Part shown: one piece after another, positions 1 through 12,219 of the stretch | Numbering within the stretch: position 1 is the stretch's first letter | Layout: each line of letters opens with the position of its first letter | NCBI GenBank assembly: GCA_963715985.1 | Contig: CAVQSP010000020.1 | Location: forward strand, 1-64,000 | From: an uncultured Thermoleophilia bacterium | GTDB taxonomy: Bacteria > Actinomycetota > Thermoleophilia > UBA2241 | Direction: 5' to 3' | DNA length: 64,000 nucleotides | Notes under the pieces: generated by a model | Databases searched by the model: none | Told to the model about the DNA's origin: nothing | Seen by the model: only the letters and a program-made list of their open reading frames with translations | Program-made: the position numbers and the translations under genes

Positions 1-68
1 GCAGTTTTTCCTGAGCCGTCGAGATGCAACGCTCGTTTAATGTTGACCGGCGCTAGCGCCACGGCCAG

Positions 69-1550
69 ATGCTTTTCACCACGTCCACATTCGCTTTGCT
101 GTTTCTGCCGGTCACGCTGATCGGCTTCTTTTTGGTCGGTCGCCTCGCGCATACCGCTGCTGCGGCATGGTTGCTCATCGCGTCGCTCGTGTTCTACGGA
201 TACTGGATGCCGGAGTTCACACTGCTGCTGGTCGCGTCGATCGCAGCAAATTTCCATCTTGGACTGCGTATCCAGCGGGCGAGGGCGGTCTCGTCTGCAG
301 CAGCAAGGCATTGGATGGTTATCGGCATCGTGCTCGACCTGGGGTTGCTCGCCTACTTCAAGTACGCGAACTTCTTTGTCGGCAACCTCGAGGCGGTGCT
401 TGGCTTTCATTGGGAGATTGGTCAGATCATTCTTCCGATCGGCATTTCGTTCTATACGTTCACGCAGATCGCGTTTCTCGTGGATGCGTATCAAGGCAAG
501 GTCGGCGAGACGCGCTGGATTCATTACGGCCTGTTTGTCACCTACTTCCCGCACCTGATCGCCGGGCCGGTGCTGCACCACGCGCAAATGATGCCGCAGT
601 TCGGTGACCGGTCAGTCTACCGTTTCCAGATGGCCAACTTTGCCGGCGGCATGCTCATCTTCTGCATCGGCTTGTTCAAGAAGATCGTCCTGGCCGACGG
701 CGTAGCACCCTATGCAGACGCCGTCTTTGACCCGGTGGACAAGGGCGCCGTCACATCGTCAGCAGAGGCGTGGCTGGCGGCAGTGGCCTACACGTTGCAG
801 CTCTATCTGGATTTCTCAGGCTACTCGGATATGGCGATCGGCTTGTCGTGGATGTTCAACATCCGGCTGCCGTTCAACTTCAATTCGCCATACCGAGCGA
901 CCAGTATCAGCGACTTCTGGCGTCGATGGCATATCACGCTTTCGAACTTCCTGCGTGATTACCTGTATGTGCCTTTGGGTGGAAACCGCCTTGGTGCCGC
1001 GCGCCGATACCTGAATCTGGCCGCGACCATGCTGCTGGGTGGGCTTTGGCATGGGGCCAGTTGGACTTTCGTCTTCTGGGGTGGGCTGCACGGCCTGTAC
1101 CTGATGGTTAACCACGGATTTCGTGCGATCGTGGGTGTCGAAAGATTGAGAACACTCGACCGAAACTGGGTTGTCAAGATCCTCGGTTGGGGCTTGACCA
1201 TGTTGAGTGTCATCGTGGCGTGGGTTTTCTTCCGGGCTACGACCTTCGCAGGTGCTTGGCAAATACTGACGGCGATGGCTGGCCTCGGCGCACCTTCCGA
1301 TATGGGTTTTCACCTCTGGAATGCAGGTCTGAAGCTGTCCACAGGTCTCGTTTGGTGTGCCGCACTCGGCGCGCTCGTGGTTCTGTTGCCAAACAGCAAT
1401 GACATCGGCACGCGCGCACTTCACATCCTTCGCCGCGACGTGTCGAAGCAATATGTCGTGTGCGGGATTGCTACCGCGGCTGCCGCGCTCTTGGTGCTCA
1501 TCAACACCGCGCGCGACTCCGTGAGTGCATTCATCTACTTCAATTTCTGA
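69..1550 (+). CDS. MBOAT family O-acyltransferase (AlgI/PatA-like)
   Basis: LPIGISFYTF, DFSGYSDMAIG, DFWRRWHITLS and GLWHGA motifs; C-terminal FIYFNF; intact 493 aa ORF. Confidence 0.95.
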   Translation: MLFTTSTFALLFLPVTLIGFFLVGRLAHTAAAAWLLIASLVFYGYWMPEFTLLLVASIAANFHLGLRIQRARAVSSAAARHWMVIGIVLDLGLLAYFKYANFFVGNLEAVLGFHWEIGQIILPIGISFYTFTQIAFLVDAYQGKVGETRWIHYGLFVTYFPHLIAGPVLHHAQMMPQFGDRSVYRFQMANFAGGMLIFCIGLFKKIVLADGVAPYADAVFDPVDKGAVTSSAEAWLAAVAYTLQLYLDFSGYSDMAIGLSWMFNIRLPFNFNSPYRATSISDFWRRWHITLSNFLRDYLYVPLGGNRLGAARRYLNLAATMLLGGLWHGASWTFVFWGGLHGLYLMVNHGFRAIVGVERLRTLDRNWVVKILGWGLTMLSVIVAWVFFRATTFAGAWQILTAMAGLGAPSDMGFHLWNAGLKLSTGLVWCAALGALVVLLPNSNDIGTRALHILRRDVSKQYVVCGIATAAAALLVLINTARDSVSAFIYFNF

Positions 1551-1551
1551 C

Positions 1552-2607
1552 ATGGTTCGCTTGTTGCTCGGCATGATCGCTGGAGTTGCACTCTTGCTAG
1601 CCGGGGTTGAGTTTGTGCTTCGATTTCTCCCCGTATCGACTGCGACCCAAACGGGCTACTACATCGACCCCCAGATACTCACCTACCCGGCGCATCATCG
1701 ATGGCAGGCCTCGACGGGTTGGGATCTACGCAACAGCCAGCAGCTTTCTGCCAACAACTGGGGCTTCCTGGCCGAGCGGGACTTCGTTGCGAATCCTCGC
1801 GCCGTGGCACTGGTCGGAGACAGTTATGTGGAGGCGTCCATGCTGGATGCCGGCGACAGGCCCGGTGCGCAGCTGGAACGTGAGCTCCACTTCTCCCGTC
1901 CTGTGTTTGCCCTGGGCGGGCCTGGTTCATCGTTGCTGGACTATGCAGAGCGCATCCGCTTCGTGCACCAGAGTATCGGTGTGCGCGACTTTGTCGTTCT
2001 GATGGAGTCGGGCGACGTGCGACAGTCACTGTGCGGCTCAGGCAACGTGCACAGTGCTTGCCTCGATCCCAAGACTCTGGAGCGTCGCATCGAGCGGCGC
2101 GTACCGCCGTCCGCATTTGCAATGGTGGCGCGTGAATCGGCGGCGGCGCAGTACTTCGTGGGTCAGTTGAAACTTGATCTGTCTTCGGTTGTCGCGCAGA
2201 CGTTTCGGCGCAGCGTGCCACAGCACTCGTCCAATCCACGGCCGGCAAGTTCGGCCAGCGCTTCGGTGCGCGACAAGCCGATAGCGTTTGTGGATGCTGT
2301 CGCTCGCGAGTTCTTCGACAGCGTAGCGCCTCATGTCGAGGGCCGGCTCATCATCGTCGTCGATGGTCAGCGCGATCCGACCCGCCCACTGGAAGCGCGC
2401 TTGGCTGCCGAGCGCCGGCAGTTCATTCAGCGCGCCAAAGAAGCGGGTGCGACGGTGATCGACGCCGAACTTCTATACGCCGAACACGCCATGCATTCAC
2501 GGCGATCTTTGGACGTTGGACCGTATGACCGTCATCTGAATGTCCTGGGCGTCGAACTCGTCATGCGTGCCGCCGCCTCCGCACTGAGCCAGGACGTCGC
2601 CAAGTGA
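1552..2607 (+). CDS. SGNH/AlgJ-AlgX-like periplasmic O-acyltransferase partner
   Basis: N-terminal TM helix, GDSY block I, DRHLN (DxH) near C-terminus, directly after MBOAT. Confidence 0.7.
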   Translation: MVRLLLGMIAGVALLLAGVEFVLRFLPVSTATQTGYYIDPQILTYPAHHRWQASTGWDLRNSQQLSANNWGFLAERDFVANPRAVALVGDSYVEASMLDAGDRPGAQLERELHFSRPVFALGGPGSSLLDYAERIRFVHQSIGVRDFVVLMESGDVRQSLCGSGNVHSACLDPKTLERRIERRVPPSAFAMVARESAAAQYFVGQLKLDLSSVVAQTFRRSVPQHSSNPRPASSASASVRDKPIAFVDAVAREFFDSVAPHVEGRLIIVVDGQRDPTRPLEARLAAERRQFIQRAKEAGATVIDAELLYAEHAMHSRRSLDVGPYDRHLNVLGVELVMRAAASALSQDVAK

Positions 2608-2623
2608 ATCGACCAGGTCGCGC

Positions 2624-3790
2624 ATGAAGGACTTCCGGCCCTTGGTGGCACATGTGGTCTACCGCTTCGACACCGGCGGGCTGGAGAACGGCGTCGTCAA
2701 CCTGATCAATCACATGCCGCGCGCCGCCTATCGCCACATGGTGATTGCGTTGACCGAGGTCACCGAGTTCCGGAACCGTCTGCGTCACGAGGATGTGCCT
2801 TGCGTGGCATTGCACAAGCCGCCAGGCCACGGTTTGAACGTCTACCCTCAACTGTGGCGACTGCTGCGCCAGCATCGGCCGGCAATCGTGCACACTCGCA
2901 ACCTGGCGGCGCTCGAGATGCAATTGCCAGCCTGGGCGGCGCGCGTACCCGTTCGCATCCATGGCGAGCATGGCCGTGATGTCGACGATCTGGACGGCAG
3001 CAACCGTAGGTACCAGCGCGTGCGCCGCCTTTACTCCTCACTTGTTCATCGCTATGTCGCCCTGTCGCACGATCTTGCCGCATACCTGCACGATCGTGTG
3101 GGCATCGCTGCGCAGCGCATCGATCAGGTCTACAACGGTGTCGATGCCGATCTATTCGTGCCCTCGCCGGTCGGCCCTGTGCCGATTCCCGGGGTGCCTT
3201 TCGCCGCGCCAGCACAGTGGTTGATTGGCACGGTGGGCCGCATGCAGACGGTCAAGCACCAGACCTTGCTGGCGAAGGCCTTCGTTCGCGCCCTCGAAAT
3301 CGCCCCTGAATTGCGGTCCTTCGCGCGCCTGGTGATGGTGGGTGAGGGCCCTCTGCGCGGCCAGTCCCAGGCGCTGCTCGAGGCGTCCGGCGTCGGTAGC
3401 CTGGCCTGGCTGCCCGGGGAACGCGGCGACGTGGCAGATGTCATGCGCGGCTTGAATTGTTTTGTGCTGCCGTCGTTGGCCGAGGGTATCTCCAATACGA
3501 TACTGGAGGCGATGGCGACTGGCCTTCCGGTGATTGCCACGGCCGTGGGCGGCAACGCAGAATTGGTGGACAGTGGCCGCACGGGCGAGTTGGTGCCATC
3601 GGACGATGTGGACGCCATGGCGACCGCTCTAGTGAGATTGGCCAAAGGTCCGGCGCGAGCGGCGGCAATGGGGCAAGCCGGCCGTGCCGAGATTGAAGCC
3701 CGCTTCAGCCTTCGCGCCATGGTGGCAGCCTATCAGGGCCTGTATGACAAGCAGCTCGCTGCCGTGGGATACCGTAGAGATAATCACTGA
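2624..3790 (+). CDS. GT4 glycosyltransferase, PEP-CTERM/XrtA-associated (TIGR03088-like)
   Basis: HVVYRFDTGGLENGVVNLIN N-terminus; EGISNTILEAMA (EX7E) motif. Confidence 0.9.
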   Translation: MKDFRPLVAHVVYRFDTGGLENGVVNLINHMPRAAYRHMVIALTEVTEFRNRLRHEDVPCVALHKPPGHGLNVYPQLWRLLRQHRPAIVHTRNLAALEMQLPAWAARVPVRIHGEHGRDVDDLDGSNRRYQRVRRLYSSLVHRYVALSHDLAAYLHDRVGIAAQRIDQVYNGVDADLFVPSPVGPVPIPGVPFAAPAQWLIGTVGRMQTVKHQTLLAKAFVRALEIAPELRSFARLVMVGEGPLRGQSQALLEASGVGSLAWLPGERGDVADVMRGLNCFVLPSLAEGISNTILEAMATGLPVIATAVGGNAELVDSGRTGELVPSDDVDAMATALVRLAKGPARAAAMGQAGRAEIEARFSLRAMVAAYQGLYDKQLAAVGYRRDNH

Positions 3791-3795
3791 ACATC

Positions 3796-5756
3796 ATGTG
3801 CGGCATCACCGGCATCTTCGATACGCAGCAGGCGCGCGCCATTGCGCAGCGGTGCTGCAGCGCATGAACGAGTCGCAGCACCACCGCGGACCGGACGAAG
3901 GCGGCCTTCACCTAGAGCCCGGTGTGGGGCTGGGTCACCGCCGCCTATCGATCATCGACGTGGCCACCGGCCAGCAGCCGCTGTTCAACGAGGACGGCTC
4001 GGTCGTCGTCGTCTTCAACGGCGAGATCTACAATTACCAGGAACTGATCCCGGAGCTGCAGGCGCTGGGCATGTCTTCCGCACCCGCAGCGACACCGAAG
4101 TCATCGTCCACGCCTGGGAAGCGTGGGGCGAGGCCTGCGTGCGAGCGCTTGCGCGGCATGTTTGCCTTCGCGCTGTGGGACCGCAATCGCGAGACTTTGT
4201 TCCTGGCGCGCGACCGGCTGGGCGTGAAGCCGCTGTATCTACGCGCTGCTGGACGATGGCATGCTGCTGTTCGGCTCGGAGCTGAAGTCGCTGCTGGCCC
4301 ATGGCGGCCTGCGGCGCGACATCGATCCGCTGGCGGTGGAGGAGTACTTCGCGCTCGGCTACGTGGCCGAGCCGCGTACCATCTTCCGCCAGGCCAAGAA
4401 ACTCGCGCCGGCGCACACGCTCGCTGTGCGGCGCGGCCAGCCGATGCCGGAGCCGCAGGCAGTACTGGGACGTGCGCTTCACGCTCGACAGCACCGCTCA
4501 GTGCCGCAGATGCCTGCGAGGAACTGCGTCGCGCGTCTGAGCGAATCGGTGCGACTGCGCATGATCTCCGAGGTGCCGCTGGGCGCGTTCCTCTCCGGAG
4601 GCGTGGACTCGCAGCGCCGTGGTTGCGACGATGGCTGGCCTGTCGAGCGACCCGGTGAACACCTGCTCGATCGCCTTCGATGACCCGGCCTTCAACGAAG
4701 CCGGCTTTGCGCAGGCAGGTGGCTGATCGCTACCACACCGACCACTTCGTCGAGACGGTCGAGAGCGATGACTTCGACCTCGATCGACACGCTGGCGCGG
4801 CTATATGACGAGCCCTATGCCGACAGTTCGGCCATCCCGACCTACCGTGTTTGTCAGCTCGCGCGCAAGCGCGTCACCGTGGCGCTGTCGGGCGATGGCG
4901 GTGACGAAAGTTTCGGCGGCTATCGCCGTTACCGCCTGCACCTGATGGAAGAGCGCATGCGCAGCGCGATGCCCTGCGGCAGTGCGCCGGCCGCTGTTCG
5001 GTTTGCTGGGGCGCGCTGTATCCCAAGGCCGACTGGGCGCCGCGCGTGTTTCGCGCCAAGACCACCTTCAAGGCATGGCGCGCGACTCGGTGGAGGCGTA
5101 CTTTCACTCGGTCTCACATCCTGCGTGACCCGATGCGTGAGCGCGATGTTCAGCGCCGAGTTCAAGCGGCAACTCGGTGGCTACAATGCGCAGTCAGGTC
5201 TTCGACCGACACGCTGCCAGCGCCGGCACCGACGACCCCTTGGCGCTGATCCAGTACCTGGATCTGAAGACCTACCTGGTCGGCGACATCAACACCAAGG
5301 TCGACCGCGCCAGCATGGCGCACTCGCTGGAGGTGCGCGAGCCGCTGATGGACCACCCGCTGGTCGAGTGGCTGGCCACGCTGCCGTCCAGCCTGAAGAT
5401 GCGCGGGCAGGAGGGCAAGTACCTGCTCAAGAAGGCAATGGAGCCGCTACTGCCGCAACGACATCCTGTATCGCCCGAAGATGGGCTTTGCCGTGCCGTT
5501 GGCGCGGTGGTTCCGGGGGCCGCTGAAGCAGCGGGTGCGCGATGCCGTGCTGGGCGACGCGCCTGGCCGCCACCGGCTGGTTCAACAGCCGATACCTCGA
5601 ACACCTGGTCGATGCGCATCAGTCCGGCGCGCGGGACTACAGCGCGCCGCTGTGGACGTTGCTGATGTTCGAGGCCTTCTTGCGGCAGGTGCTCGACGTG
5701 CCGTCAGGACGGCGCTGCACTCGATGGCCGAAGTAGCGGCGGAGTTGCCGGCATGA
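3796..5756 (+). CDS. XrtA/PEP-CTERM system amidotransferase (AsnB-like), several frameshifts
   Basis: MCGI start, [37 protein letters not shown] and [14 protein letters not shown] found across different frames. Confidence 0.9.
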
Positions 5757-6981
5757 CCCTGCGCGTGCTTCACGTGCTGGACCACTCGATTCCGCTGCAC
5801 AGCGGCTACACCTTCCGCACGCTGGCGATACTGCGCGAGCAGCGCAGGCTGGGCTGGGAGACATTCCACCTCACCAGTCCCAAGCACGCCGCCGCGCAGG
5901 CCCGAGGAAACGGTCGATGGCTGGCACTTCTTTCGCGCACTGCCGTTGGAACCCCGGCTGCACCAGGCTGCCCGGGCCTGGGCGAGATGGCGCTGCTGCG
6001 CCAACTGGACGCGACGCATCGCCGAGGTCGCTGCAAGCGTAAAGCCGGACATGTCTGCACGCCCATTCACCGGTCCTGAACGCCATGCCGCGTTGCGCGT
6101 GGGAAGCGCAACTGGGCATGCCGGTGGTCTACGAGGTGCGCGCCTTCTGGGAAGACGCGGCGGTGGACCATGGCACCACCCCCGAATGGGGCCTGCGCTA
6201 TCGCCTGACACGCGCGATGGAAACCCATGCGCTCCGGCGGGCGGAGCATGTCTTCACCATCTGCGAGGGCCTGCGCAGAGAAATCGCAGCCGCGGCATTC
6301 CCGCAGAGAAAATCACGGTGATTCCCAATGCGGTGGATATCGACAGTTTCACGTCGGGCGGCCCGCCCGACGCGGCGCTCAAGGCAAGCTGGGGCTGGCC
6401 GGCGCGACGGTGCTGGGCTTTATCGGATACTTCTACGCCTACGAAGGACTCGACCTGCTGCTGCGTGCGCTGCCGCGCTCTTGCGCCAGCGCCGCCCAGA
6501 AGTGCGCGTGCTGCTGGTCGGCGGCGGGCCGCAGGAGGCTGCGCTCAAGGCACAGGCGCAGGCGCTCGGCATGACGATCAGGTCGTCTTCACCGGCCGGG
6601 TGCCGCACGCCGAGGTGCAGCGCTACTACGACCTGGTGGACGTCCTCGCCTACCCGCGCCATTCCATGCGCCTGACCGAGCTCGTCACACCGCTGAAGCC
6701 GCTGGAGGCCATGGCCCAGGGGCGCCTGTTGGTGGCCTGCGACGTAGGGGGTCACAGGGAACTGATTCGCCACGGCGAGACCGGCTGTGCTGTTCACGGC
6801 GGGCAGTTCCGACGCGTTGGCAGAGGCCATCGATCAGTTGCTCGAGCGGCGCGGGCACTGGCCAGAATTGCGCCGTGCTGGCCGCGAGTTCGTCGAGCGC
6901 GAGCGCCACTGGGCGGCTTCCGTGGCCCGCTATGCGCCGGCGTATGCACGGCTCACCGCACACGCCGCAGCCCATGCCTGA
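5753..6981 (+). CDS. GT4 glycosyltransferase, XrtA-associated (TIGR04063-like), frameshifted
   Basis: LHVLDHSIPLHSGYTFRT, YEVRAFWEDAAVDHG, LTELVTPLKPLEAMAQG. Confidence 0.88.
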
Positions 6982-8232
6982 GCGCCGCAGTGACGGACCG
7001 CATATCGTGGTCTTCAGCAGTTTGTTCCCGAACGCACACCAGCCCGGCGCCGGGCTGTTTATCCGCGAGCGCATGTTCCGCGTCGGGCATCGCTTGCCGA
7101 TTTGCGTCGTTTCGCCAGTTCCCTGGTTCCCCCTTCAGGGCTTGTTGCGTCGTTTCCGGCAGGGTTTTCGAATCGGTGCGCCCCGCTACGAACGGCAGCA
7201 AGGGGTGGACGTATGGTTCCCTCGCTTCTTCTCGGTGCCGGGCCTGTTCAAGAGCATGGACGGGCTGATGATGGCGTTGAGCGCCTGGCCGCAGCTGCGC
7301 CGTCTGCAGCGTGCGGGCCGGCTCGATGTCATCGATGCCCACTTCGCCTATCCGGATGGCTACGCCGCCACGCTGCTTGGTGGCTGGCTGGGCGTGCCGG
7401 TGACGATCACGCTGCGCGGCACCGAAGCGCGCCATGCTCAGGACCCGCGGCTGGCCGGTAAGGTGCGCCACGCGGTGCAGCGCGCGAGTCGCGTCTTTTC
7501 TGTGTCCGAGTCGCTTCGGCAGGTGGTTCTTGGTTTGGGCGCCTCAGCCGAACATGTGCGCGTCGTCGGCAATGGCGTGGACGTTCAGCGGTTCAGCCCG
7601 ATACCCCAAGTCGAAGCGCGACGCGCGTTGAGCCTTGCGCGCGACGGGTTCGTTCTGGTGACTGTCGGGGCCTTGGTCGAACGCAAGGGCTTCCACCGTG
7701 TGATCGAGTTGCTGCCTGCGCTGCGCCGAGCGCTTCCCGGGGTTGACCTACTTGGTCGTCGGTGGCTCCAGCCCTGAGGGTGACATTTCGGAGACGCCTG
7801 CGCCAGCAGGTGCAGGCGCTGGCTTTGGGCGATGCGGTGCGCTTCCTCGGCCCCATGCCGCCAGAACAGCTGGCCGTGCCACTGTCCGCTGCCGACCTGT
7901 TCGTGCTACCCACGCGCAACGAAGGCTGGGCCAATGTGCTGCTGGAGGCCATGGCCTGCGGGCGGCCGGTGGTCGCTAGCGATGTCGGTGGCAACGCCGA
8001 GGTTATATGCATGCCTGGCCTCGGCCGCGTCGTGCCATTTGGTGACGCCGTGGCCTTGCAGCATGCCATCGAGCAAGCCCTGAGCGCATCGTGGGACGTG
8101 GCGGCCATCCGCGCCTATGCTGAACGCAACACCTGGGAACAGCGTGTTGAAGTTCTGGTCGACGAGTTCGCGCGCTTGTACGCGAGCACCGGTGCTTCGG
8201 CTGCCGTGGCATCGGAGATCGGGCATGGCTGA
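6974..8232 (+). CDS. GT4 glycosyltransferase, frameshift near 7743
   Basis: IDAHFAYPDG, GNGVD, ERKGF, EGWANVLLEAMACG. Confidence 0.88.
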
Positions 8233-8273
8233 TCTCGGCCAACGATCGAACGCGACACAGCGCGGGTCAAGCC

Positions 8274-9580
8274 ATGCGTGACCTCGTGCTGGTCGCTGTC
8301 GTCTTCGGTGTCCTGCCGTTTGTGTTCACGCGGCCGTTCTGGGGCATCCTGCTGTCGTCGTGGCTCGGCTACATGAACCCGCACCTCCTGGCCTGGGGGT
8401 TCTCGCGCACCCTGCCCTTGGTGATGGTCACGGCGTTGGTCACGCTGATCGGCATGCTGATCTCGAAGGAAACCAAGCGCATGATCTGGAGCCGCGAGAT
8501 CGTCGTGCTGCTCGCTGTTCGTGCTGTGGATGGGTGTCACCACAACGCAGGCCTTCTATCCCGAACTTGCCCTCAGCAATTCACCAAGGTCGTCAAGATC
8601 CAGATACTGATGGTGATGACGCTGCTGTTGCTGACGTCACGGGAACGTGTGCACCAACTCGTCTGGGTCATCTCGCTGTCGCTGGGCCTCTACGGCGTCA
8701 AGGGCGGCATCTTCACCATCCTGACCGGCGGCGCCTATCGCGTGCAGGGGCCTTTGGGCTCGTTCATTGGGGGCAACAACGAGATCGGGCTCGCGTTGAT
8801 CATGACCATTCCGTTGATGCGCTATCTGCAGCTGCAGGAATCGCGAAGGTGGATCAAGTTGGGACTGGCGGCGGCCATTGCATTGACGATCGTTGCGATC
8901 ATCGGCACGCAGTCGCGCGGTGCTCTGGTCGGACTCACGCTGATGGGGGTGATCTTCTGGTTCAAGAGCCGGCACAAGTTGGTGCTGGCTATCGCTCTGG
9001 TGGTGACGTTGGGGGCGACGCTCAACTTCATGCCGGAGTCCTGGTTCAATCGCATGAGCACGATCCAGACCTATGAAGAGGATAAGTCCGCGCAAGGTCG
9101 GCTCCTGCATGGAGCATGGCCATCAATCTGGCAAACGACCGGCTCACCGGCGGAGGTTTCGAGACCTGGAAGGCACCGATTTTTGCAATCTACGGAGGCG
9201 GGGGCAGAAACACGCGCGACGTGCACAGCATCTATTTCGAGGTCCTGGGTGAGCATGGTTACATCGGACTTGCACTGTTTCTTTCGCTGCTGGCCATGAC
9301 GTGGCTGAAATGCGGCGCGACCATTCGCCTGGCCAAGAAGAGCCCAGAGCTCACATGGGCGCGTGATCTGGCCGCGATGATCCAGGTCAGCTTCGTCGGT
9401 TACATGTCGGCCGGTGCCTTCCTCGGCTTGGCGTACTTCGACTTCATGTACCACATGGTGGTCATGGTGGTCGTCGTGCATCTGCTTGTGCAGAGTTCAC
9501 TGACGGGGAAGGTGCCCATCACGCCGCGGGGGACACCACCGTCGCAGCCAGTCGCCGGCCTTGCCTTGGGGCGGCAATGA
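8274..9580 (+). CDS. Putative O-glycosylation ligase/polymerase, exosortase-A-associated (Wzy_C/DUF5935-like), frameshifted
   Basis: MRDL...WLGYMNPH, SRGA, HSIYFEVLGEHG motifs; multi-TM. Confidence 0.85.
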
Positions 9581-9596
9581 CAGGGTCTTGTGGGCG

Positions 9597-10985
9597 ATGA
9601 AGATTCCCGCCTGGTTGGCCAGGGACTTGGTGTATGGCCTGCAAGAACGCGCCTGTCGGCGCCCCACCTTCCCGTATCTCGCAGAACTCGAACGCAGCCA
9701 ATGGCTGAGCCACGCGGATGTTCAACGCCTGCAGCTTGCCAAGTTGCGCAAACTGCTGGCCGTGGCGTTTTCTCATGCGCCATGGCATCGGGCCAGGATG
9801 GAGCGGGCAGGCTTGCGGCCCGACAGCGTCGCAAGCCTGGAAGACCTGCGAAAACTGCCCTGCATGGACAAGCAAGACGCCGCCGCACACAAGGACGAGA
9901 TCGTCTGGCGCGGCGTCCCGGGTGGAGCCTTCAAGTACAACACCGGGGGCTCGAGCGGGCAGCCGTTGATCTTCCATTTCGGTCGCTTGCGGCAGGCATC
10001 CGATGCGGCAGGACGCATGCGCGCAAGGCGCTGGTGGGGCGTCGAGCCGGGTCAGCGCGAGGCGTACTTGTGGGGTGCGCCGGTCGAGTTGAACAAGACC
10101 GACTGGGTCAAGACCCTGCGGGACCGCTTGATCAACCAACTGGTCCTGAACGCCTTTGCGATGTCCCCGGCGCGCATGGACGACTACCTCGACGCGACTC
10201 GAGGCCTTTCGTCCGCGCTGCCTGTACGGATACGCCAGTTCGGTGGCCCTGCTGGCGGCTCATGCGAAGCAGCGCAAGCGCTTGCCGCGACTGACGCAGC
10301 TGAAGGTGGTGTGCACCACCGGCGAGCCGCTGTTCGAACATCAGCGCGCCTTGATTGGCGAAGTCTTCGGCGTACCGGTGGCGAATGAATTCGGTAGCCG
10401 CGACATCGGCTTCACCGCGCACGAGACGCCCGAGGGGCAAATGCTTCTGATGAGCGAAAGCATCATCCTCGAGGTGCTCGATTCAACGGGCAACCCAGTC
10501 GCACCTGGCGAGATGGGTGAAGCGGTCATGACCGGGCTTGTGCTCGGACGCGCAACCCTTCATCCGCTACCGCACCGGCGACATGGTGCGCCTGAGCGAC
10601 GAGCCCGACCGCGCGGGGCGCGGCCTGCATGTGATCAAGGAAGTAGTGGGCCGCAGAACCGACTTTCTGGTCCGTGCCGACGGTGCCATCATGCACGCGC
10701 TTGCTGGCATCTACGTGATCCGTGCCACGGCAGGCGTGGCCGAATTCAAGCTCATCCAGCACGACACTGCGCGACGTCGAGGTCCTGGTCGTGGCCGACC
10801 CGCGCTGGACGTCGGAAAGTGCGCAAGCCATCGCCACCGGGCTGCGGCAGCGCATGGGGGACGACGTCGGGTCGACAGTGCGCGTGGTCGAGCACATCGC
10901 TCCTGAAGCCTCTGGAAAGCACCGCTATGTGGTGAGTCACGTGCCCTTGGGCGGTGAGCTCGAGCGCGCCGCATCGACAATCTGA
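9597..10985 (+). CDS. Phenylacetate-CoA ligase/CapK-family adenylate-forming enzyme, frameshifted
   Basis: TGGSSGQP P-loop, TTGE, NEFGSRD, IRYRTGD, GRRTD, SGKHR. Confidence 0.85.
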
Positions 10986-11002
10986 ACAATCGACGACAGG
11001 AC

Positions 11003-12219
11003 ATGAACATCATCGATCTGGTACGGCTCCCCGTACGCTACAAGCCATGGCGGCCTCGGCATGCGGGCCTGGTCTGGGACAGCCTTCGCGGTGCGGCCAG
11101 CGAGCAGCAGACCCATAGGGTGCACTTGAACGGAGCCATCGACTGGCTGTGCCGTGCCCAGGACGTGCGCGACGGCCAGCCCGACGCCGGCGGCGTCTCG
11201 GCGGGCTGGAGCTTCGAGGACGGCTGGCTGCCCAGCTACCCGGAAACCACCGGCTACATCATCGAGACCATGCTCGCCGCCGCGCAGGTGCTGCAGCGGC
11301 CCGAACTGGTGGACCGCGCCCGTCGCATGATCGACTGGGAGCTTTCGATCCAGCTGGCCGATGGCGCCTTCCCAGGGCACTTCGGTGAGCCGGGCAGCCG
11401 GCCGGTGATCTTCAACACCGGGCAGATCATGCACGGCATGGTCGCCGGCTACACGCAACTTCGGCGCGATGACTGCCTCGCCGCCGCCGTGCGCGCCGGG
11501 CACTGGCTGGCCGACCAGCAGGACGATGACGGCTGCTGGCGCAGGTTCGAGCACCACGACACGCCCCACGTCTACAACACGCGCGCCACCTGGCCGCTGC
11601 TGGCCACCGGCCTGATCGCCGGCGAAACCCGGCTGGTGAATGCAGCCACGGCGCAACCTCGACTGGGCCCTGACCCAGCAGACCGCTTGCGGCTGGTTTG
11701 CCAACAACGCCTTCGTGCCGTGGAAGTCACCGTTTACGCACACCATCGCCTATGCAATCCGCGGCTTCCTCGAATCCGGCGTGCTGCTCGGCGAAGAGCG
11801 CTATTCGAACGCCGCGCTCGCGGCCGGCCGTGGCATGGCCGCGGTGCAGCGGGCCGACGGCTGGCTTGCGGGCACCTACAAGGACGGCTGGGTGGCCGAT
11901 GCCGGCTACGCCTGCCTCACCGGCGTGGCGCAGATGAGCCTGAACTGGACACGGCTGGCACAGGCCACGGGTTCGCAGGAGTTGCGCACCCATGCCCGCT
12001 CCGGCGCTGGCCTACCTGAAGACCACACAGCGCCTGGACCATACCGACGCAGCTGTGCGTGGCGGCATCGCCGGATCGGCGCCGATCTGGGGCGACTACT
12101 CCCGCTTCGAATACCCCAACTGGGCGGCCAAGTTCTTCGCCGATGCGCTGATGATGGACATGCAGGACATTGCCGTGCCCCCCGTTCCCGCGGTGGCAGC
12201 TGGAGCCCGTCGTGGCTGA
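11003..12219 (+). CDS. Prenyltransferase/squalene-oxidase (QW) repeat alpha/alpha-barrel protein, frameshifted
   Basis: WLPSYPETTGY; QLADGAF, QDDDGCW, QTACGWF, QRADGWL repeats; YPNWAAKFFADAL end. Confidence 0.75.

Noticed and set aside
3796-12219. Programmed frameshifting or phase variation
   Set aside because: Indels are scattered, lack consistent slippery tracts and also affect housekeeping genes elsewhere in the window
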